From a virus (lineage: Duplodnaviria; Caudoviricetes), in the IMG/VR virus record IMGVR_UViG_3300029156_000006, positions 1 through 40,867 of that record: a stretch of 40,867 nt of DNA. One strand, written 5' to 3'. Position numbers and translations under genes: made by a program. The notes under the pieces are model-generated. The model did no database searches, was not told where the DNA came from, and worked only from the letters and a program-made list of their open reading frames with translations. This document shows positions 27,340-35,661 of the stretch, in pieces. How positions within the stretch are numbered: position 1 is the first letter of the stretch; every line of letters begins with the position of its first letter.

Positions 27340-27648
27340 ATGGCATCAAGCCACCACGGAGAACGTAGACCCGATTCCAGAGACTTTGAGAATCACCTAA
27401 TGCGACGATTCGCAGAGCAAGAGGAAGGCACAGCGAACCGCCAGTGGCCAGAAGGACGTATCTCAGGTGACGACGATGGCGAGCTAGCGTTTGTCGTCGC
27501 AGCCAAGGATGGCCTTGTGCGTCTCGACTTCGGCAAACCAGTCGAGTGGATGGCAATGCCACCAGAGCAGGCGGTGCAAATGGCCCAACTTTTAATAAAG
27601 CAAGCTCGCAGTGTCGCCACCAAGCCGCTGCGAATTTCGATCAATTGA
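27340..27648 (+). CDS. Hypothetical phage protein
   Basis: AAGGAG RBS; P.G..S.DDDGEL.F..V.LDFGKPVEW pattern. Confidence 0.7.
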   Translation: MASSHHGERRPDSRDFENHLMRRFAEQEEGTANRQWPEGRISGDDDGELAFVVAAKDGLVRLDFGKPVEWMAMPPEQAVQMAQLLIKQARSVATKPLRISIN

Positions 27649-27697
27649 AATACTCAAACAAGCCATTGAAGCTACTAATTAGGAGTATGAAAGCAAA

Positions 27698-27952
27698 ATG
27701 CCAGTACCTACTGGGGAAACGCTGATTGAAGCGCTCGGCGATTGGCGTACCAAGCACATTTGGCTAGAGCGGCTGAAGATTGAAGAATACAACGGCGAAG
27801 AGGACGCGCCCGAGCTAGAAAAAGCCGCCTACGAGTGCGACGAAGCCGAGCGGTGGTTGGTGACTCTTTATCGGCAGGCGACTAACTACAAACCTCATGT
27901 CGGACATTCGTGCCACTCCGAGCACACCGACGCAAATACTGAATCAGGGTAG
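27698..27952 (+). CDS. Hypothetical protein
   Basis: AGGAG RBS lying inside a junction motif. Confidence 0.6.
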   Translation: MPVPTGETLIEALGDWRTKHIWLERLKIEEYNGEEDAPELEKAAYECDEAERWLVTLYRQATNYKPHVGHSCHSEHTDANTESG

Positions 27953-27956
27953 CAGC

Positions 27957-28322
27957 ATGGACCAAGAAACACGGATAAAAGCGAAGGTGAAGGCCCGTGA
28001 AGATGCCCGCGAGATTGCTGAAATGCTCTCTTGGGGGAACGGAACCGGCGCAGACTACGCCGAGTCATTCCTGAAAGAGCTTCGGTCTAGGTTGCCAGTG
28101 AAGGAATCAGCGAAACCGCCGACACCACTGGCACCTATTCCAATAGCAAGACTTGGCGCAGTACCCATGCCGTTCGGAGAGCACCGAGACAAGCCGCTTG
28201 ATGATGTTCCGTTGCAGTACCTTGAATGGCTCTGCGGCAAGCAGGAGGAATTTTTGCAGGGACTGAGAGCGTATCTCAAACATCCTGAATTAGAAGCCCG
28301 GCGACGAGCTTATACGCCCTGA
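27957..28322 (+). CDS. Protein with a C-terminal DUF3820-like motif
   Basis: MPFGEHRDKPLDDVPLQYLEWL resembles MPFGK.KG..L.DVP..YL.WL. Confidence 0.6.
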   Translation: MDQETRIKAKVKAREDAREIAEMLSWGNGTGADYAESFLKELRSRLPVKESAKPPTPLAPIPIARLGAVPMPFGEHRDKPLDDVPLQYLEWLCGKQEEFLQGLRAYLKHPELEARRRAYTP

Positions 28323-28348
28323 ACCAGTAGAGAGAGCGAGGAAATCTG

Positions 28349-28543
28349 ATGCTAGGAAAACTACTTTCTAAGACAGTGAAAGCCGTCACGTTCCCGATTG
28401 ATGTAGTTGAACGTACTGGGGATTGGCTCTGCGGGGGCGACGGCACGAAAGAAGAGCAGATTCAGAACCGCAAACTTGGCGCCAATGGCATGTCACAACT
28501 ACGTGACATTGTGACCGACACGCTAGAAGAGTTGGACGACTAA
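28349..28543 (+). CDS. Hypothetical protein
   Basis: GAGG RBS. Confidence 0.6.
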   Translation: MLGKLLSKTVKAVTFPIDVVERTGDWLCGGDGTKEEQIQNRKLGANGMSQLRDIVTDTLEELDD

Positions 28544-28577
28544 TACACCAAACAACCATTAAAGAAAGGGAACCAAA

Positions 28578-28820
28578 ATGCAAATAGAAGGCAATGCAGA
28601 AGAGATCGGCTTGCTGCTAGGTGCAGTTGCGGGAGGAGATAAGCCAACTTCAACAGAACAATCTGGCTGGACCAAAACCAGCGACGGAAAACTTAGCGGT
28701 GAAGGATTTTATATAACACTTAACGAAAACCCAGCAGATACAGACTTTCCATCAATATGGAAAGACCCGGTTGACGTGTACTGCGGCTACCACCTCAAAA
28801 TTCCCACCCATCCGCGGTGA
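28578..28820 (+). CDS. Hypothetical protein
   Basis: AAGGGA RBS. Confidence 0.55.
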   Translation: MQIEGNAEEIGLLLGAVAGGDKPTSTEQSGWTKTSDGKLSGEGFYITLNENPADTDFPSIWKDPVDVYCGYHLKIPTHPR

Positions 28821-28862
28821 ACCAACAAAACCACAGTATGAAACCAACAACTAATAGATTTC

Positions 28863-29093
28863 GTGGGTTTTGCAGTGCATCCATTTCACAAGCTACAACG
28901 CGAGATAGGAGACCGCATGAGGGAGGCCGAGCAGGGCGCCGAAGTGCGAGGGTTTGTTGGTGGCGTAGTAGTGGCCCTGTTGCTTTTTTGTCATACCAAT
29001 CAGCCGCATGGATGTTCAGCAGTGCGGACGAAACGAGAGAGCCGAGCCGCCCACCCCATAATTATCAAGTGCGCTCATACTACGAAGAGATAG
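28863..29093 (+). CDS. Hypothetical protein (frame uncertain; alternative 28838-29098)
   Basis: Two competing + frames; this one has a hydrophobic segment. Confidence 0.3.
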   Translation: MGFAVHPFHKLQREIGDRMREAEQGAEVRGFVGGVVVALLLFCHTNQPHGCSAVRTKRESRAAHPIIIKCAHTTKR

Positions 29094-29100
29094 TTTAGCC

Positions 29101-29155
29101 CCACCGGGGTAAGGGGCTCCACGCCCCGTGTGCTTCGGCACCGATGCCCCGGTGG
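29101..29155 (+). ncRNA. Small three-way-junction structure
   Basis: P1 CCACCGGGGTA/TGCCCCGGTGG, P2 GGGGC/GCCCC, P3 GTGC-TTCG-GCAC (cUUCGg). Confidence 0.5.
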
Positions 29156-29219
29156 ATTTGAAATACGGTAACTAGGTAGACCGCCCCAACTTTCACAGCC
29201 GAAATGGAGTATCAAAGCT

Positions 29220-29510
29220 ATGAGCAAAGAATTCCCCAACCATCCCTCTAAGGGAGGACGCAATGCGATACCAACTGACGAAGCTCTCGCCAATCGACCT
29301 GCAGCTCCACAGGGTAGCGGTCCAAAGCAAGCGTCGTCGATATCGGTAGAAGTTTCTGGGTTAATGCAAACAGCCGTTGATATCACTGAGGATATTACAG
29401 GAGCCGATTTAGCAAACATGCCCGAGCACTGTTCAAAGCTGATCGTGAAGTTGAAGAAACATACAGAAAATATGTGTCAGTACATGGCCAATTCACCATT
29501 CACGAAATAG
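29220..29510 (+). CDS. Hypothetical protein
   Basis: GGAG RBS; TAG stop inside a junction motif. Confidence 0.5.
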   Translation: MSKEFPNHPSKGGRNAIPTDEALANRPAAPQGSGPKQASSISVEVSGLMQTAVDITEDITGADLANMPEHCSKLIVKLKKHTENMCQYMANSPFTK

Positions 29511-29554
29511 TCCACGTAGGTATCACAGCAAAACTTCAAGAATGGAAATACGGT

Positions 29555-30193
29555 ATGAAAGCTGGCATGAGAGTATTGCTGTCCAACAACACAGGACCCA
29601 TCGCCAAGCACTTGCTGGCGAAGTACCCCGATCAGATCGGGCACTGCATATCGCCTGGAGGGTGGCGAAAGCCATTCCCTTACTACGTGGCAGAAAATGG
29701 CCGATTTAATTCTGGTTGGAGCGAAGATGTGTATTTTAAGCACTTGGAAAAGGTCAGCGAACATCCTATAGCACCCCAATGGCTATCAGTGCTAGATGTA
29801 GTGGGCGATCACGCCAAGACGTTAGCCGAGTGGAAGATGTGGTATGGCGAACTGCGCAATTACGGTTGGCCGCTAGCGTTTGTCGCGCAGGACGGTTGCG
29901 AACCCTCCGATGTACCCAAAGAAGCTGAAGTTGTTTTTATTGGAGGCACGACGACATGGAAGCGGCGCAACATTTACAAGTTCTGCGATTATTTCCCGCG
30001 CGTGCATGTTGGGAGAATCAACACGGCGAAGTGGCTCAAGGTGTGCCATGATGCAGGCGCAGAAAGCGTAGACGGAACGGGCTGGTTTCGCGGAGACCGC
30101 GTGCAACTCAGCTGGCTTGTGAAATTTTTGGAGGGCGAACACAGTCCTAATCCGCGCCCACTATTAGACAAATTAAATACAGAAAGTGAGTAG
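29555..30193 (+). CDS. TGT/DpdA-like TIM-barrel protein (putative base-exchange enzyme)
   Basis: AENGRF, LDVVGD, VAQDG, FIGG, VHVGRIN and ESVDGTGW match the tRNA-guanine transglycosylase-like motif order; start at 29555 or 29567. Confidence 0.6.
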   Translation: MKAGMRVLLSNNTGPIAKHLLAKYPDQIGHCISPGGWRKPFPYYVAENGRFNSGWSEDVYFKHLEKVSEHPIAPQWLSVLDVVGDHAKTLAEWKMWYGELRNYGWPLAFVAQDGCEPSDVPKEAEVVFIGGTTTWKRRNIYKFCDYFPRVHVGRINTAKWLKVCHDAGAESVDGTGWFRGDRVQLSWLVKFLEGEHSPNPRPLLDKLNTESE

Positions 30194-30563
30194 ACCAGCT
30201 ATGTTGATTTACTTAGTGGACGACGATCCTGGCAACTGTGATATGTACCCGCAGCTTTGGGATTCTCACGATACTAGAACATTTGACAGCCTATTCGATG
30301 CTGTAGGCGAGAAGGCACCAGACCTGCTAATAATTGATATTTCAGCAGTTTGTCCTTTAGGCGACATATCGCACTCTGCTTACTCACCTATCTGTTCTTA
30401 CATCGATCGTTTTCCCCATGTTCCGGTACATATCACATCGTTTGTGTCGTCGAACTCAAGACAAGATGTTGTAGACGATGTTATGCAGGCGATGCCTGAT
30501 GCGATTGTTACGCATGGCACGTTAGATAGAGCAGAAATTCGTATCAAGCAATTGGTAGCTTGA
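30186..30563 (+). CDS. Stand-alone response-regulator receiver (REC)-like domain
   Basis: LIYLVDDD, PDLLIID and VPVHITS; conserved Lys not evident. Confidence 0.7.
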   Translation: MSRPAMLIYLVDDDPGNCDMYPQLWDSHDTRTFDSLFDAVGEKAPDLLIIDISAVCPLGDISHSAYSPICSYIDRFPHVPVHITSFVSSNSRQDVVDDVMQAMPDAIVTHGTLDRAEIRIKQLVA

Positions 30564-30585
30564 AATACTCCCCGCAGGTAGATCA

Positions 30586-30834
30586 ATGACATCAGAACTT
30601 AGAGGTCGAAGGCGTAAAACAGTATCCTCGCACAAGTCGGATGCTAGGCATCGAGCTAAAAGCCACAAGAGATTCAGTGTGGAGGCACGTTATATTGGTT
30701 CGCTCCCTAGCTTCCTGTCGCGATCGAGCAACTGGACCATCTGGGCCAAATATGCGACCAAGAAAAGCGCGGTGAACGCAGTAGCGGGACTGAGCAGAAG
30801 TAAGAAGAACTGGGAATTTAGAATCGTGTCTTAA
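30586..30834 (+). CDS. Basic hypothetical protein
   Basis: ORF bounded by junction motifs. Confidence 0.55.
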   Translation: MTSELRGRRRKTVSSHKSDARHRAKSHKRFSVEARYIGSLPSFLSRSSNWTIWAKYATKKSAVNAVAGLSRSKKNWEFRIVS

Positions 30835-30867
30835 CACCCGCGACAAGAATCGAACGGAGGTTTTATA

Positions 30868-31200
30868 GTGGGAAATAGTAAGGCCCAAGAAAACTACGAC
30901 GTCGAGTGTTTTCGAACTTTGAACGTGGGTAGATTTCGTTACGGCGTCTGGGTGATGACCCGAAAAACGGGTTCGCGAGGTATGTTTGTTCATGGTGACC
31001 GTTGTGAGGTCCAGGCACCACATTGGACTGTCGAAGAACTTAGGGACGGTGAAGCTGAAGCTGTCCCTATTTCGTGTGAACAGGCACTTAAAATAGTGTC
31101 AAATTGGCCAGAAGTGCAAACGGAAATGCAGAAATGTTTCGACAGGCATATCATTCAGAATACCCCGGCTAGCCATGAAAGCGAGGCAAGCAATGAGTGA
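30868..31200 (+). CDS. Hypothetical protein
   Basis: GGAGG RBS before the GTG. Confidence 0.6.
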   Translation: MGNSKAQENYDVECFRTLNVGRFRYGVWVMTRKTGSRGMFVHGDRCEVQAPHWTVEELRDGEAEAVPISCEQALKIVSNWPEVQTEMQKCFDRHIIQNTPASHESEASNE

Positions 31201-31408
31201 TGCAGAATTACAGTTAGGTACTTTCATCGCTGAGACCAGCCTGCGAGCGGAACTGCGAATTTCAGGGGTTGGGAAAATAGCGGCAGCAGTGCAAGGCAAG
31301 CCATCGTGGGAGTGGGTGGTTGTGAGAGAGTGGGAGCACCCAGAGCAGCCTACGGTTGAAGATTTGAATAATATCCGTAGGGCTTTTGGCATTACCGAAA
31401 CGCCCTGA
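31175..31408 (+). CDS. Hypothetical protein, degenerate XRE-HTH-like
   Basis: REWEHPEQPTVEDLNNIRRAFG; start at 31175 or 31193. Confidence 0.5.
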   Translation: MKARQAMSDAELQLGTFIAETSLRAELRISGVGKIAAAVQGKPSWEWVVVREWEHPEQPTVEDLNNIRRAFGITETP

Positions 31409-31430
31409 AATAGCTTAGGAGAGTAGCAAG

Positions 31431-31610
31431 ATGAGCAAAAACTTGTTGTATGTCGCTCTGGGGTCTGTGACCACATCGTCGTGGTGGTGGGTGTACCTAG
31501 ACTATCCAAGCCGCCCTTCTGCAGTTGTCTTTGTGCTTGCTCTAGTGGGAAGCATAGGGGTTGTTGGCGTTATTGCTAGAGAAACCATGATCCTAAACGG
31601 TTGGGACTAA
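31431..31610 (+). CDS. 59-aa two-TM membrane protein (not in the ORF track)
   Basis: AGGAG RBS; MSKNLLYVALGS..SAVVFVLALVGSIGVVGVIA..; flanked by two junction motifs. Confidence 0.6.
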   Translation: MSKNLLYVALGSVTTSSWWWVYLDYPSRPSAVVFVLALVGSIGVVGVIARETMILNGWD

Positions 31611-31633
31611 CTACTCCATCGAGGTAGACAGAC

Positions 31634-31816
31634 ATGCTCTTTAGTAAAAGAAAAGCACTAGCCGCAGAAGTAGCTAAGAAGCTGGTGGAAATGAAAATCG
31701 ATCGGTTTCCAACTAGCGTTTTCAATGTGATTACTGCCTTGGATTCCATGGGGCACCTTAACGAGTCCGCACAAAACCCCAGTATCAAACCCGACAACAA
31801 TACCGAGACCAAGTAA
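31634..31816 (+). CDS. Hypothetical protein
   Basis: GAGG RBS inside a junction motif. Confidence 0.55.
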   Translation: MLFSKRKALAAEVAKKLVEMKIDRFPTSVFNVITALDSMGHLNESAQNPSIKPDNNTETK

Positions 31817-32082
31817 TGCAGGAAGAAAAAAACAACCCGTTCTTTCCGCTTGCGGAGATGTTCCCAGATGAGCGATTCGATGAGATAGGACAGCTATTTG
31901 ATAGCGGGAGTGGGTTGGATATAGGCGAAGATCAGTGGAGGCTAAATGGCCTCGCCGTCTTACTGGGTTGCTTAGAAAATTACGATGGCGAGGGGCCGGA
32001 TCCTGTAGACATAGAATCACCCCTAATCTGTAAAATCCGCGCTTTGGAAGCGGCATACCAGCTTGGACGAGATAGCGCTTAA
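31816..32082 (+). CDS. Acidic hypothetical protein
   Basis: TAATG coupling at a junction motif. Confidence 0.55.
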   Translation: MQEEKNNPFFPLAEMFPDERFDEIGQLFDSGSGLDIGEDQWRLNGLAVLLGCLENYDGEGPDPVDIESPLICKIRALEAAYQLGRDSA

Positions 32083-32125
32083 CCACAACACTTCGGAAGT
32101 ATCAAGCACCACTAGGAAGGCCACT

Positions 32126-32359
32126 ATGAACAAGGATGCTCTGACCCCATACGTTCCGGTTTGCAGTAAATGCAAGCAGGAGTCCGCGCCGTTGTTCAAT
32201 GGCGTCTGTCAGCACTGCGAAGGACGCGGCGACGACCTTTGGGTGGTCACTGATTTTGGCAAGCCACGCAAATACAGCAAACTAGGCGTTACTGTGACAG
32301 CGGAGCGTCATGGCGTTGGAAGGGTGCGCCTGCTGGTAGAGCGACTCAGAATTGCTTGA
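32126..32359 (+). CDS. Small Zn-finger protein
   Basis: AGGAAGG RBS; CSKC..CQHC. Confidence 0.55.
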   Translation: MNKDALTPYVPVCSKCKQESAPLFNGVCQHCEGRGDDLWVVTDFGKPRKYSKLGVTVTAERHGVGRVRLLVERLRIA

Positions 32360-32380
32360 CTAAACACACCTGAATAGACT
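32352..32380 (+). promoter_or_regulatory. Candidate promoter of the late (lysis-like) operon
   Basis: TTGCTT-17 bp-TAGACT. Confidence 0.5.
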
Positions 32381-32423
32381 AGGTTAGAAGCTCAGACAAC
32401 TTGTATCCCGTGTTGGGTCGGCC

Positions 32424-32472
32424 AAAAGCCGCACGATTGTTACCGCGATGGTGACAGCCGTGCGGCTTTTTT
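32424..32472 (+). terminator. Terminator/attenuator hairpin in the late leader
   Basis: AAAAGCCGCACG..TTGTTACC-GCGAT-GGTGACAG..CGTGCGGCTTTTTT. Confidence 0.75.
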
Positions 32473-32497
32473 CGTGCCTAAATCGAAAAGAGGAATT

Positions 32498-32890
32498 ATG
32501 TCACTCCGCAAAGAAGTGCAAGACGTTGTCGACAAGTGGACAGAAGCAAGGGCCGACGAAACCCTCACGCCAGAGGAAGCCCATCAGATTACCCGCGAAG
32601 TCGTGGACGTAGTGAAATACGCCCTCACGATGGATTCTTCGGACGCATCGAAAGAAGACCTAAGCGGCGAAATTGAATCCGCAATCAACGCCATTGCAGA
32701 TAGCGTGCTCAGCGACCGGCCCATCGTGCGCGGCATCGTCAAGACATTCACCGACAACGCTGCAGGCAAGATCGTCGAAGAGATCGCCAAGTATTCGGGC
32801 AATGCTCAAGACTTCTGGCGTGACAAGATCGACCCGATTCTCTCTCGCTGGGAAGAAACCCTTCATTCTGTCCGTGCAATTGGTGGCTAG
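32498..32890 (+). CDS. Hypothetical helical protein
   Basis: GAGGA RBS; first gene after the leader. Confidence 0.7.
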   Translation: MSLRKEVQDVVDKWTEARADETLTPEEAHQITREVVDVVKYALTMDSSDASKEDLSGEIESAINAIADSVLSDRPIVRGIVKTFTDNAAGKIVEEIAKYSGNAQDFWRDKIDPILSRWEETLHSVRAIGG

Positions 32891-33577
32891 ATGCACCACA
32901 CCCGCGAAACACGACTACGCAATGCCCGGCTAGCCTTAATTGGGTGGCTTGGCTTTCTAGTGATGTTGCTGTTGGCTTGTACTAGCCAGGTATGGAGCGC
33001 AGAGCTAATAGAGTCGGTGGGGCGGGTTACGCTGACGGAAGGCGGATCCGTCTCGAGCTACGGAACTGGGACACTAGTAGCTAAAGATGAGCGTTTTGGG
33101 TACGTGCTGACTTGTGCCCATGTTGTCGACGAGCGCGAAGGCAAGCAGCTAGCGGTTGAATTCCAAGGCGAAGCTCGAGCCAATGCGACCGTGCTCGAGC
33201 AGCAGGCAGAGGCGGACTTGGCGATTCTGAGAATTGACCGACCCGCGAAATCTTGCCGAAGTATCTGTTGGCAAAAGCTCGAGCTACGACAGCCCGTCTG
33301 GCAATCAGGATACGGCCACAAAGGAAAGCCGCCTCGACAAATATGGGGGCAAGTGACGCACCTCGAGCGTGGGGCCTACTTCTGCGCTACACCGATTGCC
33401 CGCCTTGGTGATTCGGGTGGTCCAGTCCTCAACGAAAAGGGCGAAGTCGTGGGTGTTATCAGCGCAACGTGGATGCCTGACTTGCCTAGGGCGACTTCAT
33501 TCTCCAAGTCAATGCGTGCTATGTACGCAACTCCCTTGTCAAGCAATCAGTGGCTCAAGAAACATCTTCCTAAGTGA
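32891..33577 (+). CDS. Exported trypsin-like (S1) serine protease
   Basis: N-terminal TM/signal; catalytic triad motifs LTCAHVV, ADLAIL and GDSGGP. Confidence 0.9.
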   Translation: MHHTRETRLRNARLALIGWLGFLVMLLLACTSQVWSAELIESVGRVTLTEGGSVSSYGTGTLVAKDERFGYVLTCAHVVDEREGKQLAVEFQGEARANATVLEQQAEADLAILRIDRPAKSCRSICWQKLELRQPVWQSGYGHKGKPPRQIWGQVTHLERGAYFCATPIARLGDSGGPVLNEKGEVVGVISATWMPDLPRATSFSKSMRAMYATPLSSNQWLKKHLPK

Positions 33578-33858
33578 GTAGAGCAATGGAAATCCTTCAA
33601 CAATTTCTCGGCGAACACCAAACGGCCATCCTTTCTGTGATAGGCGGCATTGCTGCTTGGCTCAACAAAGACAAGCTCAAGAAAGTCATCCCCACCCCGA
33701 AGCCGACACCCGCGCCAGAACCGCAAGACGCCGACGTCGCGGTGATGCTGGCAATTAAGAAGATCATCGCCCACGCCGAAGCGACCGGCAACGAGAAGCT
33801 AAGGAAGTGTGCCCAGGAAAGCCTTACACATCTATTTGCACCTAGCCCCACAGCATGA
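33574..33858 (+). CDS. Single-TM protein with a Pro-rich linker
   Basis: AILSVIGGIAAWL; PTPKPTPAPEP. Confidence 0.6.
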   Translation: MSRAMEILQQFLGEHQTAILSVIGGIAAWLNKDKLKKVIPTPKPTPAPEPQDADVAVMLAIKKIIAHAEATGNEKLRKCAQESLTHLFAPSPTA

Positions 33859-34265
33859 CAGCCAGAGCTAAACACAATCTGACGCTGCTACTTGCGGCAT
33901 TAGCCGTATTGGTGCTGAGCCAACGCGGGGGAACTGCGGGCACTGCGATTATACCGGGCGACAAGCTCATGGTGCTAGTGGTCGAGGACACACAGAACAG
34001 AAACAACCTGCCTTATGAACAGCGGCTAGCATTAGCCAGCCAGAAATGGCGAACAGCAATCAAGCAAAGCGGTGGCGAACTCAAAAAGATTGAACCGGGC
34101 CAAGATATTGGACCCTCACAGGTATGGCGAGCTGCCGCACAGCTTGAGCGAGGCGAAGCGCCCTGGTGGATCGTGTCAAACGCTCCCAAGGGGCGCGGCG
34201 TTTCGCAGCCTTTTCCCAAGACAGCCGACGAAGCCCTGCGCACCATCCAAGAGGTGACGCAGTGA
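33855..34265 (+). CDS. Exported protein, possibly a degenerate thioredoxin-like fold without CxxC
   Basis: N-terminal hydrophobic helix; LMVLVVED..PWWIVS pattern. Confidence 0.55.
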   Translation: MTARAKHNLTLLLAALAVLVLSQRGGTAGTAIIPGDKLMVLVVEDTQNRNNLPYEQRLALASQKWRTAIKQSGGELKKIEPGQDIGPSQVWRAAAQLERGEAPWWIVSNAPKGRGVSQPFPKTADEALRTIQEVTQ

Positions 34266-35050
34266 CTTTCATTTCTAACATTAGCGGACAGTGGGTAGAG
34301 GAAGGCCAGCCCGGCTACGACGGTGGCGTGGTAGCTCGTGATAGGCAGGAATCCCCGCTTTGTTGTGGGTCAGCCGCCGAGAGAGTTTCTCTACCACTCA
34401 TCCCTGAAAATGAATGGCTAGGTTGCATCGAGAAGATGGAAGTTGAGCAGGCCCGTAGCGTAGACATTCGCCAGCAAGCTCCGCTCAAGAGTTTGCACCA
34501 AGGCCAGACAAGTAGTTGCTGGATTCAATGCGTAGCGCAGAACATGCACTACCGCCAATCTCAACTAGGCTACTCACGAATCCCGCTAAGCCCATGCTCA
34601 GTGGGTCAGCCGATTAAGAACTGGCGAGACAAGGGTGGTATGGTTAGCGAGGGCATCGAGTTTGCAACCGAGCATGGTTTCGTGCCGCAGTCGCTATTCC
34701 CACCAAACGCAGTCGGTCGTGGAGCCAAGAAATTCTACACCGACGAAGCAATCCAAGCGGCCCAGGATCATAAGCCGCTTGAGTATTGGGACTTGGAACT
34801 AAACAACGGCGCAGAACTGGCGACCTGTTTACTCAACGGATTCCAAGTGGCTATTTGTTATCTATGGATGAGCCATGCTGTACTGGCGATTGATCTAATC
34901 TCGACCAGCAAGGGCCTAGCAGTGCTGTGTGACAACAGTGGCTACGGACGCGACCGCGATGGACTGACGGTAATCCCAATAAAGAAGGCTTTCGACTTCG
35001 ATGATGCTGTTGCGATCCGTTCGATTAAGGCGACGGGGGTGGCAGCATGA
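34262..35050 (+). CDS. Papain-like (C1) cysteine peptidase
   Basis: HQGQTSSCW (Gln, Cys), MSHAVLA (His), DNSGYG (Asn); GTGA overlap. Confidence 0.8.
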   Translation: MTFISNISGQWVEEGQPGYDGGVVARDRQESPLCCGSAAERVSLPLIPENEWLGCIEKMEVEQARSVDIRQQAPLKSLHQGQTSSCWIQCVAQNMHYRQSQLGYSRIPLSPCSVGQPIKNWRDKGGMVSEGIEFATEHGFVPQSLFPPNAVGRGAKKFYTDEAIQAAQDHKPLEYWDLELNNGAELATCLLNGFQVAICYLWMSHAVLAIDLISTSKGLAVLCDNSGYGRDRDGLTVIPIKKAFDFDDAVAIRSIKATGVAA

Positions 35051-35661
35051 ACCGAGCAGCGACCTTCGCATTATGTTTACTCGCACTTTACATCGCTTTC
35101 AACGGATTAACAGAGCCAGGAAAAGGGGTGATTTCATCTAACGAGGCCCAGGTAATCGCACCAACCGACAAGGGAACCACGCCGCCAGGGAACGGCCAGC
35201 CCGTAGGTGCGCCAGCCGCGCAAGCCGTTGTCGTATCGAAAAGCGTCTCTGCACCTGCCGAGCCCCAACTAAAGAGCGAAGCGCCAAAGCCTCGAAAAAT
35301 AAACTGGCTCACCGACCTACGAGCAGCTTACAAGCTGGCTGCTAAGGACGGGAAGCCAATCTTAGTGCATTGTACGGCTGTCTGGTGTGGGCCGTGCAGG
35401 GTGCTCGATAGAGAAGTGTTTACCGACAGCCGCGTGATTGCCAAGTCGGCAGATTTTCATTGCGTGCGCATCGACACGGACAAGATCAAGTTGCCCGCAT
35501 CGTGGGGGATGACTACTTGGCCAACGGATTACTTAATCACCATGCGTAATGGCGTGCCCAAACTCACTAGGAAAGAACCGGGCGCAGCCAGCACCCCCCA
35601 AGCCTACCTTAACCGCCTAGCCCAATTCGAGCGGCTAGCACAACCCCAGAGGAAACCATGA
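35047..35661 (+). CDS. Exported/membrane-anchored thioredoxin-family protein
   Basis: N-terminal TM, Pro-rich linker, KPILVHCTAVWCGPC, cis-Pro WPT. Confidence 0.85.
   Translation: MNRAATFALCLLALYIAFNGLTEPGKGVISSNEAQVIAPTDKGTTPPGNGQPVGAPAAQAVVVSKSVSAPAEPQLKSEAPKPRKINWLTDLRAAYKLAAKDGKPILVHCTAVWCGPCRVLDREVFTDSRVIAKSADFHCVRIDTDKIKLPASWGMTTWPTDYLITMRNGVPKLTRKEPGAASTPQAYLNRLAQFERLAQPQRKP

Larger units (their letters stand above)
26159..32103 (+). repeat. Dispersed junction motif (TGAAA)TAC-N9-GTA(G/T), about 19 copies including variants
   Basis: Exact TAC-N9-GTA with TAC at 26992, 27307, 27673, 27937, 29164, 30178, 30566, 31612 and 31801; variants at 26164, 27651, 28544, 28824, 29508, 30835, 31161, 31411, 31770 and 32087. 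Confidence 0.8.

Noticed and set aside
26159-32107. Junction motifs as a CRISPR array or classical integron attC sites
   Set aside because: Spacing is gene-sized and the conserved core is only 6-10 bp; there are no RYYYAAC/GTTRRRY boxes or long hairpins, and no cas or intI gene
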